In this document: in pieces, positions 46,346 to 54,894 of the stretch
How the letters are laid out: every line of letters begins with the position of its first letter
How positions within the stretch are numbered: the stretch's first letter is position 1
NCBI GenBank assembly: GCA_045650525.1
Contig: JAZRRH010000013.1
Location: 43,881 to 107,880, forward strand
Length of the DNA stretch: 64,000 nt
Direction: 5' to 3'
From: Candidatus Nanosyncoccus sp.
GTDB lineage: Bacteria > Patescibacteriota > Saccharimonadia > Saccharimonadales > Saccharimonadaceae
Notes under the pieces: model-generated
Told to the model about the DNA's origin: nothing
Seen by the model: the letters and a program-made list of their open reading frames with translations, nothing else
The model's database searches: none
Position numbers and translations under genes: made by a program

Positions 46346-47743
46346 ATGGATGAAAACCCTAACGCGCAGCCAACGCCTCCACTCAGGCCTAGTTCACTGG
46401 GTCCAAACGCGCGTCCTTTGCAAACTAGTGCGCCCGACCCGGCGCAAGCCATGATTGATCCATCACAAAGAGTAGTGGTAGAGTCACTAGATCCAAATGG
46501 TCGTCCGATGGAAAAAGTCGTGCCAGCCGAGGAGCCCGAAAAGAAAAAACCAAACAAGGGTCTCCTTATTGGCATCATCGCTGGAGCTGCTGTGCTTTTT
46601 TGCGGGATCATCGTTGCGATCGTGGTTGCTATTAGTTCCAACAAACCTGACGCCGTTGCATTGGCAATTCAGCGCGTTATAACCGGCGAAGCTCCCTCTA
46701 ATCTTGCAATTGGTGGTGATATTGATATTCACATAAATACCGACGGGGCACCAATTAAGCATTTTAATATTAACTTGAATTCTGAGATTATCACAAAATC
46801 ACTGATCAATACATCTTCAGCAACGCTCACTATAACTAATTATAATAATGATGACTTTTCAATAAAGTTAGATGAGGTTTATGCCGCTGATGGCGATTTA
46901 TTCCTGAAGGCTGAAGGGCTTTCTGATTTGATTGGAGGGTCCGATTTAGTAAACTTACTTACATCAAATAGCGGCGCCGTAGATTGTAGCGCGGAGGATA
47001 CTGATTGCGTAGATCAACAAACAGTCCAAGATACCAACGCCACAACCTGCACCGATGAAAGCCAAGAATGCCCAAGCGAAGAAAAGACGCTCGACGAAAA
47101 AAACGTTGAGACGATGACGGCTTTGAATAAAATTGCCGAAGTTATCGATGATGAGTGGATTAAGATTTCACTCGACGAAATAAAAGAACTAGGCAAGGAC
47201 TATGTTAGCGAGGACAGCCCACTTAGTTGCCTAGCCGATGTGGCCAGTAATTTAAACAAAAACACTAACATGACCACAGAAATATATAGCAAGTACCCAT
47301 TTGTATCATCTACAACCAAAGACGTGACCGTACCAGGCAAGCAAGGTCCGGTATACCTGGTGAATTTTGACAGCACGAATTTTACAAACTACATCAACTC
47401 CTTTAATGATTCTTCGTCTAGCGATGGGCTGTTTTCTTGCCTTGGCTATGACAGCAAGACCGAGCTTGACGAAAATGAGGTAGCAAATCTATTTAGTAAT
47501 CTGCCAAAAATTTACGCCGAGGTGGATAATAATTATGATTTTTCGAGATTGTATCTAGAAACAGACATTGATGGCGGGAAAGCCATGGTCACTGTTGATC
47601 TTGATTTTTCGTATCCGGTAAACGTAAATGTATCCGAGCCGGTAGAATACACTGATTACAAGGACATACTCGAGGAGATCAACGAAGCGAACGGTGAAAA
47701 TACCGAAGGTGATGCAGCTAGCGAGTCGGCAGAAGAAATTTGA
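46346..47743 (+). CDS. Single-pass membrane protein with a large acidic extracellular domain
   Basis: Pro-rich N-terminus, one TM, about 370-aa D/E/S-rich ectodomain. Confidence 0.75.
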   Translation: MDENPNAQPTPPLRPSSLGPNARPLQTSAPDPAQAMIDPSQRVVVESLDPNGRPMEKVVPAEEPEKKKPNKGLLIGIIAGAAVLFCGIIVAIVVAISSNKPDAVALAIQRVITGEAPSNLAIGGDIDIHINTDGAPIKHFNINLNSEIITKSLINTSSATLTITNYNNDDFSIKLDEVYAADGDLFLKAEGLSDLIGGSDLVNLLTSNSGAVDCSAEDTDCVDQQTVQDTNATTCTDESQECPSEEKTLDEKNVETMTALNKIAEVIDDEWIKISLDEIKELGKDYVSEDSPLSCLADVASNLNKNTNMTTEIYSKYPFVSSTTKDVTVPGKQGPVYLVNFDSTNFTNYINSFNDSSSSDGLFSCLGYDSKTELDENEVANLFSNLPKIYAEVDNNYDFSRLYLETDIDGGKAMVTVDLDFSYPVNVNVSEPVEYTDYKDILEEINEANGENTEGDAASESAEEI

Positions 47744-47748
47744 TTTCC

Positions 47749-47777
47749 TTGACAATTAAGCTTAAGTATGATATAAT
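47749..47777 (+). promoter_or_regulatory. Consensus sigma70 promoter of uvrC (leaderless spacing)
   Basis: TTGACA-17 nt-TATAAT with TG extension; ATG 6 nt after the -10. Confidence 0.8.
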
Positions 47778-47783
47778 TAGAGA

Positions 47784-49058
47784 ATGGATGATGCTTTAAA
47801 ACAAAAACTAACTAAACTCCCGGCCAGCCCGGGGGTTTATTTTCATAAAAATTCCGTGGGGGAAATAATCTACGTCGGCAAGGCAGCAGTACTAAAAAAC
47901 CGTGTAAGACAGTATTTCCAAAACTCAAAAAAAGACCCCAAGACCGAAGCGCTTGTTAAGGAAATCGCTGACACCGATTGGATTGTGGTTGATACAGAGA
48001 TGGATGCACTCTTTCTAGAGTCCGAAATGATCAAGCGCTATATGCCAAAATGGAATATACTTCTCAGGGACGACAAGACAGTGTCATACGTAAGGATCAC
48101 TATGAATGAGGAAGTCCCCTATATTTCCTTCACTCGGAATCCGATAGACGACAAGGCAACTTACATTGGGCCTTTTTATGGTAAATCTGCCGTAGAAAAA
48201 GCAGTACGCACGCTTCGCAAGATTTTTCCATATTACACCAAACCCTACACGGGGCAAAAAACTTTGGATACTGACCTCGGGCTTACTCCCGGCATCGAGA
48301 CCGGAGCTGCGACGCCCAAAGATTATAAAAGAAATCTAAAAAAACTCATTAGGTATCTCGAAGGTGATCGCAAAAAACTTCTAAAAGACCTGGAAAAAAC
48401 CATGAAGGACGAGGCGGCAAAAGAGAACTACGAGCTCGCAGCTGAGGCACGAAATCAACTGATGGGCCTAAAGGAATTGAAGAAAAAAATCGTATTTTCG
48501 GATAAGGAGTTTTTGGATATTTCCTCGGATATGGCCCTGAAGCAGCTGCAAGAACTACTGAATTTACCTGAGCCACCACGCAGAATTGAGGGGTATGACA
48601 TATCACACCAATCCGGCGAGAATACAGTTGGAAGTATGGTGGTTTTTATAAATGGCGCGGCGGCGAGAGATGAATATCGTAAGTTTAAAATCCGCACTTC
48701 GCGAAATGATGATCTAAAAAGCATGCGAGAGATGATTGAGAGGAGACTCAAACACAAAGAATGGGACTTTCCGGATCTTATTATTTTGGATGGCGGCGTA
48801 ACCCAAGTTAACGCCGTGCTACCCCTAGTATCTGCCCACAATATACCCGTAATTGGGCGCGACAAATCCGGTGATCATTCAAAAAGCGCGATTGTTAAGC
48901 TGATTGTCCCGACCACTTTGACGGAAAAAGGTTGGAACGAAATTGAACTCCCGTCATCATCTCATATTTCAAGACTCATCGCCAGGGTTGACGAAGAAGC
49001 ACACCGTTTTGCGATAACTTACCATTCTTTACTGAAAAGAAAAAGTATGCTAAAATGA
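47784..49058 (+). CDS. uvrC: Excinuclease ABC subunit C (short, no HhH tail)
   Basis: GIY-YIG PGVY...IYVGKA, UVR domain, IEGYDISH, PDLIILDGG and RVDEEAHRFA. Confidence 0.93.
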   Translation: MDDALKQKLTKLPASPGVYFHKNSVGEIIYVGKAAVLKNRVRQYFQNSKKDPKTEALVKEIADTDWIVVDTEMDALFLESEMIKRYMPKWNILLRDDKTVSYVRITMNEEVPYISFTRNPIDDKATYIGPFYGKSAVEKAVRTLRKIFPYYTKPYTGQKTLDTDLGLTPGIETGAATPKDYKRNLKKLIRYLEGDRKKLLKDLEKTMKDEAAKENYELAAEARNQLMGLKELKKKIVFSDKEFLDISSDMALKQLQELLNLPEPPRRIEGYDISHQSGENTVGSMVVFINGAAARDEYRKFKIRTSRNDDLKSMREMIERRLKHKEWDFPDLIILDGGVTQVNAVLPLVSAHNIPVIGRDKSGDHSKSAIVKLIVPTTLTEKGWNEIELPSSSHISRLIARVDEEAHRFAITYHSLLKRKSMLK

Positions 49059-49077
49059 TGCTACATAGGAGTTATTT

Positions 49078-49305
49078 ATGAATATCGGAAGTTTTCTAGA
49101 AGTTGTAATCTTTGTGTCCGCAATCCTGACTATTCTTTTGGTGCTTTTGCAACAACGCGGAGCATCGCTCGGGGCTGGTTTTGGTAGCTCTGGTGAGCTT
49201 TATACCACACGTCGCGGCCTGGAGAAATCACTATTTGTCGCAACAATTGTTTTTGCAATAATTTTCGTGTTATCAATTTTAGGGATATTATTAATACCAT
49301 CATAA
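49078..49305 (+). CDS. secG: Preprotein translocase subunit SecG
   Basis: Two TMs; VLLQQRGASLGAGFG...RRGLEK. Confidence 0.9.
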   Translation: MNIGSFLEVVIFVSAILTILLVLLQQRGASLGAGFGSSGELYTTRRGLEKSLFVATIVFAIIFVLSILGILLIPS

Positions 49306-49306
49306 T

Positions 49307-51043
49307 ATGAAAAAAACTCTCAAAAAGCGTGGGCAAAAATTTATCAGAAAGTTCTCTAGGGCTTCTATTCAGGCAAGCGAAGACGGTAGAGAGCATATCA
49401 AAGAAAACTTCTTTGAGCGTTTGTCGCATATTGCTGACATTAGGCTTTTGATTTTGGAATGGGGGCTACTCATTGTGGCGCTTATTCTCCTTGCGGTGAC
49501 GCAGGCTTTTTGGTTTGGCGACTCGTTTGCGCAGAATGTTTGGACAAGTGGTGGCACCTACACTGAGGCGACGATGGGCGAAGTGGACTCCATGAACCCG
49601 CTTTTTGCAACCACGAACAGTGAAAAAGTCCTCAGTCGCTTGATGTTTGCAAGGATTGTCACGATTGATTACTCTGGCCACCCGCAACCAGAAATCGCTA
49701 AATCTGTCAAAGCAAGCGAGGGCGGCCGAATTTGGACCGTGACCATCAGAGATGATTACAAATGGTCAGACGGAGAACCACTTACGCGCGACGACGTGCT
49801 TTATACCTTGGGGCTCATCAAGAACCCAGCAGTTAATACTGCCTACGATACTAATCTAGCCAACGTCAAGGTGACCGAAGGCGAGAATGGTGAAATAGTG
49901 TTTACCTTGCCGACAGCCTACGCTGATTTTATTTCAGCACTTACTATTCCGGTTTTGCCAAAACATGTTTTGGGTGATTCGGATCCCAAGACTTTAATTG
50001 AAAATAGTTTTTCTAATGCGCCAATCTGTTCGGGGCCGTTTACTTTTAACGCCATGCAAGGAAGTGCTGTGTCGGGCGAGAAAACTTTTTATTTGTCGCG
50101 AAATGAGGATTACGCTAGAGGCAAGGCACTGCTCGGAAGTTTCGCCGTAAAAACATTCACATCGCATGCGGAAATTATAGATTCTTTGAATAGTAATGTC
50201 GTGACAGCCTCTGCAGAATTATCTGGCGCGGAGGTCGACAAGGTTACTAACAAACAGATGCTTCTCAAAAACTCTAGCCTAGATTCGGGTGCATTTATCT
50301 TCTTTAACACCGGAAGCGAGAAACTAAAAAGTGCGTCGGTCCGTGCGGCGATTAGGCAGGGAATTAACATGGCGGCGCTGAGAGAGCTAGCTCATGACAC
50401 GGAGCCCTTGGATTACCCGATACTAGATTCACAGCTCAAACTCACCAATCGTCCATCGATTCCGGAGTATGATCTTGAGGGCGCAAAAGCCAAGATCAAT
50501 GAAGCCGTTGGCGAAGAAAAACCAATGCTTGATATCGCTACTGTTAACAATGGTTTTTTGCCTGAAATCACCGACCAAATCGCAAAGGATTTAGAGGCCC
50601 TAGGTTACCAAGTCAATGTCTCTAAATACGAAGAAAACCAAGAGTTTATTTCGAATATTCTTTCTAAGCGAAGCTATGATATCTTGGTCTATGAAGTAGA
50701 ACTCGGCGCAGACCCAGACCCTTTGCCTTATTATCATTCTTCGCAGGCATCGTCCTCAGGATTTAATCTGTCAAATTACAAGAACGCCTTGGTAGACGAT
50801 TTGCTCCTTGCTGGGCGTGAAACTCTCGACGAAACTCTCCGGGTCAAAAAATATGAGAATTTCCTCGAATACTGGGTGAATGGTGTCCCGGCGATTGGGA
50901 TCTATCAGCCTAATTTGTCTTATTACTACAATAAAAACGTCCGGACTTTTAGTAACGATATCCGTCTTGTGACAGCACTGGATAGATTTACCGATGTAGA
51001 AGATTGGGCAGTCAACAAAACCACCAAAAATAAAACTCCATAA
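49307..51043 (+). CDS. ABC-type peptide-binding protein (SBP family 5), membrane anchored
   Basis: GGTYTEA, MNPL, W.DGEPLT.DDV.YT, CSGPF, VRAAI and DPDP.PYYHSS. Confidence 0.88.
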   Translation: MKKTLKKRGQKFIRKFSRASIQASEDGREHIKENFFERLSHIADIRLLILEWGLLIVALILLAVTQAFWFGDSFAQNVWTSGGTYTEATMGEVDSMNPLFATTNSEKVLSRLMFARIVTIDYSGHPQPEIAKSVKASEGGRIWTVTIRDDYKWSDGEPLTRDDVLYTLGLIKNPAVNTAYDTNLANVKVTEGENGEIVFTLPTAYADFISALTIPVLPKHVLGDSDPKTLIENSFSNAPICSGPFTFNAMQGSAVSGEKTFYLSRNEDYARGKALLGSFAVKTFTSHAEIIDSLNSNVVTASAELSGAEVDKVTNKQMLLKNSSLDSGAFIFFNTGSEKLKSASVRAAIRQGINMAALRELAHDTEPLDYPILDSQLKLTNRPSIPEYDLEGAKAKINEAVGEEKPMLDIATVNNGFLPEITDQIAKDLEALGYQVNVSKYEENQEFISNILSKRSYDILVYEVELGADPDPLPYYHSSQASSSGFNLSNYKNALVDDLLLAGRETLDETLRVKKYENFLEYWVNGVPAIGIYQPNLSYYYNKNVRTFSNDIRLVTALDRFTDVEDWAVNKTTKNKTP

Positions 51044-51082
51044 CTAGTTTATTTTGGTATAAATGTGATATAATAGTACTAC

Positions 51083-51173
51083 GCGCGCGTGGTGGAATTG
51101 GTAGACACGCTACCTTGAGGTGGTAGTGGCCACACTTACGGCTGTGCTGGTTCAAGTCCAGTCGCGCGCACCA
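51083..51173 (+). tRNA. tRNA-Leu (anticodon GAG)
   Basis: GCGCGCG/CGCGCGC acceptor, CTACC-TTGAGGT-GGTAG, long variable arm, GGTTCAAGTCC, CCA. Confidence 0.95.
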
Positions 51174-51231
51174 ATTTTTTGGGAGCATATATATTAATAT
51201 AGCGGTCCTATAAGGTGCAATAAGGAGGTGA

Positions 51232-52245
51232 ATGAGTAAGAAGTTATTGACTGGAATATTAGCTGCTTTAGTGCTAGCGCTTGGTCCAGTTTTTTTGATT
51301 AGTGGGGTTGTTAATGCCGAGAATGGTAGCGATACATCAAGCAGTGTCGAAGATGCTGGTACGACCAACATTAGTCTAACTCCGGTCAGTAAGATCCTTC
51401 AAATTTCTTCTGGTTCAGTCTATGATAATACTTTTACCGTCAACAACGATGGTAGTAGAGAGCTCGAGATTGAGGTATTTGCCGCGCCTTATTCATATGT
51501 TTATTCAGAAGAATCAGACACTTACCAACTCGGCTTTAGTAACGAGAATTCATTCACCCAAATGTCACGCTGGATAACATTCAAAGATGACGACGGTAAC
51601 TATGCGCAAACCATCCATACAAAAATCGATCCTGGCAACAAAAGAGATATCGAATATCGCATTACTACCCCTGGCAGTATCCCTGGCGGTGGCCAGTATG
51701 CGGTAATTTTCGCTCGTACCGTCAATGGGGCAGCGTCATCTAACGGAATCAAGACAGAAGCTAGCCCGGGCATGATAGTCTATGGGCGCTCTCTCGAAGG
51801 CGAAGCTATTACTACTGGCGATATTACAAAAATGGTGATAGATCAGTCAATCAACGACGGCGACAAAGTCCGAAATAATATCAATGCTGCCGCCAAGGTC
51901 AAAAACACCGGCAATGTTGATTTTACCGCATCAGGGAAGTTGACTGTAGACGCGATTATTGGCAGTGGCCACTACGAGACTCCGTCAAACATGGGTAGGG
52001 TATCGATCATTCCCGAGTCGGAGCTTACGGTGTCCGATGAATGGAGAGAAACACCTGTTTTTGGGGTTTTTAAGGTTACGTGGACGGTCAGCGCGGCAGA
52101 CAAAACAGAGACTATCGAAAAAATTGTATTAATAAACATTATTCCGGTGATTATAATAATCATAATCGTCTTGACAATTATAATTGTTGGGTGTATAATC
52201 GCCGTTAAGAAGCGTAAAGCGCGCCGTTCTAGGTTAGTTGTCTAG
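51232..52245 (+). CDS. Secreted Ig-like surface protein with a C-terminal TM (DUF916-like)
   Basis: Signal peptide; TFTVNN...PYS...WI...I.P.....I.Y.I..P.SIPGGGQYAVIF; KNTGN; C-terminal TM plus KKRK. Confidence 0.7.
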   Translation: MSKKLLTGILAALVLALGPVFLISGVVNAENGSDTSSSVEDAGTTNISLTPVSKILQISSGSVYDNTFTVNNDGSRELEIEVFAAPYSYVYSEESDTYQLGFSNENSFTQMSRWITFKDDDGNYAQTIHTKIDPGNKRDIEYRITTPGSIPGGGQYAVIFARTVNGAASSNGIKTEASPGMIVYGRSLEGEAITTGDITKMVIDQSINDGDKVRNNINAAAKVKNTGNVDFTASGKLTVDAIIGSGHYETPSNMGRVSIIPESELTVSDEWRETPVFGVFKVTWTVSAADKTETIEKIVLINIIPVIIIIIIVLTIIIVGCIIAVKKRKARRSRLVV

Positions 52246-52316
52246 ATCGGGTACCAGTGCGAGTGGTCGCCTTTACGAGTCAAAACAAATATCAAACATA
52301 AACAAGAGTGCAGAGT

Positions 52317-53213
52317 ATGAAAAAGACACAAAAAAGATGCTTAGGTATTCTTGGCCTTAGTGCTGTTGTCGCTATGACCACAGTAGCTTCTGCCTTGCCT
52401 GGCCCAGATGCATCGGCAATATCAACCATGACCGACACCTTAAATGTCAGGGTGATCGGCGAAACCCCGAATGTGGATATTTCTGGGATCGAATCCGGTG
52501 TGGAATTCGTAATTCCTAGACAATCAGCTCGGGTGACTTACGAATATGTTAATAAAGTCAAGATAACTTTGACGTATACTGATTTAGAGGGGAATGAATC
52601 TTCATTCGTCCTAATAGATGACGTCGTAAGTCCTCAACCTGGCCAATATAATTTTAATTTTGATTTCGATGATCCAGAATATGGTTATGGTAACTATATT
52701 CTGACGGCAGTAGGTGAAGCAGAGGATGGTTACAAAGACCAAGATATTATTGAATTTACATATTTGCCATTTATTGCCGCTTTGGATGAACAAGATAATA
52801 AGACATACGTTAATTTGGAATACGACAATGACGAAACACTAGGTAGAATCAAAGAATTTGTTCTCGATATATACGACAAAGATGGCAATATCGTAAGTGG
52901 GCTATCTCCAGTTACCTTGCTAGCGCCTGGGACAAGAGTAGAGGTTCCATTTGGCGACTACGATCTTGCGACAGGGGAATATACGATTAGAGTTACCGCA
53001 AAAGATTCGAACGGTGTGATTCCTTATAGCCAAGACTTGAAAAAAGATATCACTGATGTTCCAGTGCCTAGCGCAGATACACCTGACACTGGTGGATTCT
53101 TTAGAAATATTGGAATTTCACAAAGTGATTTCCTAATTAGTGGGCTGATTGTATTCTTTGTGATTGGTGTACTTGGTATCATTGTCGTCAGTCGTAAGAG
53201 CAAAAAAGCTTAG
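52317..53213 (+). CDS. Secreted beta-sandwich protein with a TPDTG plus TM tail
   Basis: Signal peptide; TPDTGGFF; TM; RKSKKA. Confidence 0.75.
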   Translation: MKKTQKRCLGILGLSAVVAMTTVASALPGPDASAISTMTDTLNVRVIGETPNVDISGIESGVEFVIPRQSARVTYEYVNKVKITLTYTDLEGNESSFVLIDDVVSPQPGQYNFNFDFDDPEYGYGNYILTAVGEAEDGYKDQDIIEFTYLPFIAALDEQDNKTYVNLEYDNDETLGRIKEFVLDIYDKDGNIVSGLSPVTLLAPGTRVEVPFGDYDLATGEYTIRVTAKDSNGVIPYSQDLKKDITDVPVPSADTPDTGGFFRNIGISQSDFLISGLIVFFVIGVLGIIVVSRKSKKA

Positions 53214-53246
53214 TAACAGACAATAAATCATTCATACTCAACTCGA

Positions 53247-53329
53247 AAAAAAATTCGGGCGCTACTGCGAGGGCGCCTGAATTTTTTTGTTAATTATATG
53301 GGCTAGGCTAACGCCTAGGGGACCTCGCA
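53247..53329. other. Intergenic structured element with pseudoknot potential
   Basis: 16-bp stem whose loop TGCGAGG is complementary to CCTCGCA (53323-53329); intervening hairpin CTAGGC-TAAC-GCCTAG. Confidence 0.6.
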
Positions 53330-53330
53330 C

Positions 53331-53363
53331 AAAAATAAACCGCCAGAAGACGGTTTATTTTTT
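53331..53363. terminator. Bidirectional terminator at the end of tsf
   Basis: AAAAATAAACCG-CCAGAAGA-CGGTTTATTTTT. Confidence 0.75.
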
Positions 53364-53377
53364 CATGGTATCTCAAA

Positions 53378-53974
53378 TTATTCGGTTACACCGAGTTCAA
53401 TACGCTTGAATTGGCGAATGGTGATATTTTCACCAGTCTTTGCGATAGCTTCTTTGATGAATTGCTCGACAGTCTTGGTGTCATCCAAGATGTAAGGCTG
53501 GTTCATAAGAACCTTGTCAGCGAAAGCTTTTTTCATTTGGCCTTCGAGGATTTTTTCTTTCATGTTTTCTGGGCCTTTGAAGTTGGATTCGAGCTCTTTC
53601 ATCTTGGCTTTGCGATCAGCTTCTGGGATGTCCTCTTCGGAAACGTAGAGAGGGTTCATTGAAGCGATTTGCATGGCGATTTGGTGAGCCAAAGTTTTGA
53701 ATTCGTCGGTCTTTGCTACGAAAGAGGTTTCGCAGTTTACTTCGACGATAGCACCTAGACGACCATCGTGGATATATGAATCGACGAGGCCTTCACGAGT
53801 CTCGCGATCGCCACGCTTTTCGGCCTTAGTGAGACCTTTTTTGCGCATCGCTTCGAGGGCTTTGTCAAAATCGCCGTCGGCTTCGACTAATGCTTTTTTG
53901 GCATCAGTAAGACCGGCACCAGATAATTCTTTTAGTTTTTTGATTTGTTCAATTGAAATTTCTGCTTTTGCCAT
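53378..53974 (-). CDS. tsf: Elongation factor Ts (short form)
   Basis: IKKLKELSGAGLTDAKKAL, EVNCETSFVA, AMQIA and FKRIELG; start at ATG 53974. Confidence 0.97.
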   Translation of the reverse strand: MAKAEISIEQIKKLKELSGAGLTDAKKALVEADGDFDKALEAMRKKGLTKAEKRGDRETREGLVDSYIHDGRLGAIVEVNCETSFVAKTDEFKTLAHQIAMQIASMNPLYVSEEDIPEADRKAKMKELESNFKGPENMKEKILEGQMKKAFADKVLMNQPYILDDTKTVEQFIKEAIAKTGENITIRQFKRIELGVTE

Positions 53975-53990
53975 TTTTTTGCCTCCTAAA

Positions 53991-54677
53991 TTATTTTTTA
54001 CCTTCTTTAACCGCTTCGACGAAGTAGTCAAGGATTAGTTTGGTAGCCTTGATTGAGTCATCGTTTGCCGGGATGACGTGATCGATCGTAGTTGGATCGA
54101 TGTTGGTGTCCGTAATAGCAAATACTGGGATCTTTAGCATTTTTGCTTCTTTGATAGCATTTTTATCTTCGTCAGCATCTACAACGATGATAGCGGCAGG
54201 TTGCTCGGTCATATCTTTGATGCCACCATAGCGTTCGTTTAAGAGATCAATCTCTTCTTGGAAACGCTGAACTTCTAGCTTAGAGTAATGTCTCTCAAGC
54301 TCGCCGGAATTCATGCGGCGCTCCAAATCTTTTAATTTTTTGATTTGACGGTTGACCGTCTCGACATTAGTCAAAGTACCACCGACCCAACGGACGGTAA
54401 CGTAAGGCATTTCGACAGATTCGGCTGCTTCTTTGACGACATCTTTCATCTGTTTCTTGGTGCCTACAAAGAGGACCTTTTTACCGTTTTTGACAATGTC
54501 GGTGACTTTTGGCAAAGATGCCTCGAGGGCCTCGACGGTTTTTTCTAGATTAATAATGTGGGCTTCTCCACGTTTGCTGTGGATGTATGGCGCCATCTTG
54601 GGGTGCCAGCGGCTTGTTTTGTGCCCAAAATGAGCACCAGCTTCAAGCAAAGCTTTCATATCGACATCAACTGCCAT
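53991..54677 (-). CDS. rpsB: 30S ribosomal protein S2
   Basis: LLEAGAHFGH, FVGTK, RWVGGTLTN, DTNIDP and PANDD. Confidence 0.98.
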   Translation of the reverse strand: MAVDVDMKALLEAGAHFGHKTSRWHPKMAPYIHSKRGEAHIINLEKTVEALEASLPKVTDIVKNGKKVLFVGTKKQMKDVVKEAAESVEMPYVTVRWVGGTLTNVETVNRQIKKLKDLERRMNSGELERHYSKLEVQRFQEEIDLLNERYGGIKDMTEQPAAIIVVDADEDKNAIKEAKMLKIPVFAITDTNIDPTTIDHVIPANDDSIKATKLILDYFVEAVKEGKK

Positions 54678-54696
54678 ATATGATTTCCTTTCTCTT

Positions 54697-54755
54697 CGTT
54701 TTTGGGCTAATTCGAGCGCATCTTGCACCCAGGAAACCTCCCAAAAACTGTTTCG
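54697..54755 (-). promoter_or_regulatory. Putative rpsB (S2) leader hairpin
   Basis: Minus strand GTTTTTGGG...CCCAAAAAC stem enclosing GGGTGC, in the rpsB 5' UTR. Confidence 0.5.
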
Positions 54756-54894
54756 TTAATTAATATATGTTGTATATTATAGCACATTGCTCTTAGATTG
54801 CAATACTTCGTATTAGATAAAAACCGTTACTAGAATCTTGTTCTTTCAAAATAAAATAAGGCCAGCACTTGCTGACCTTATTTTGGTTGCTGAT

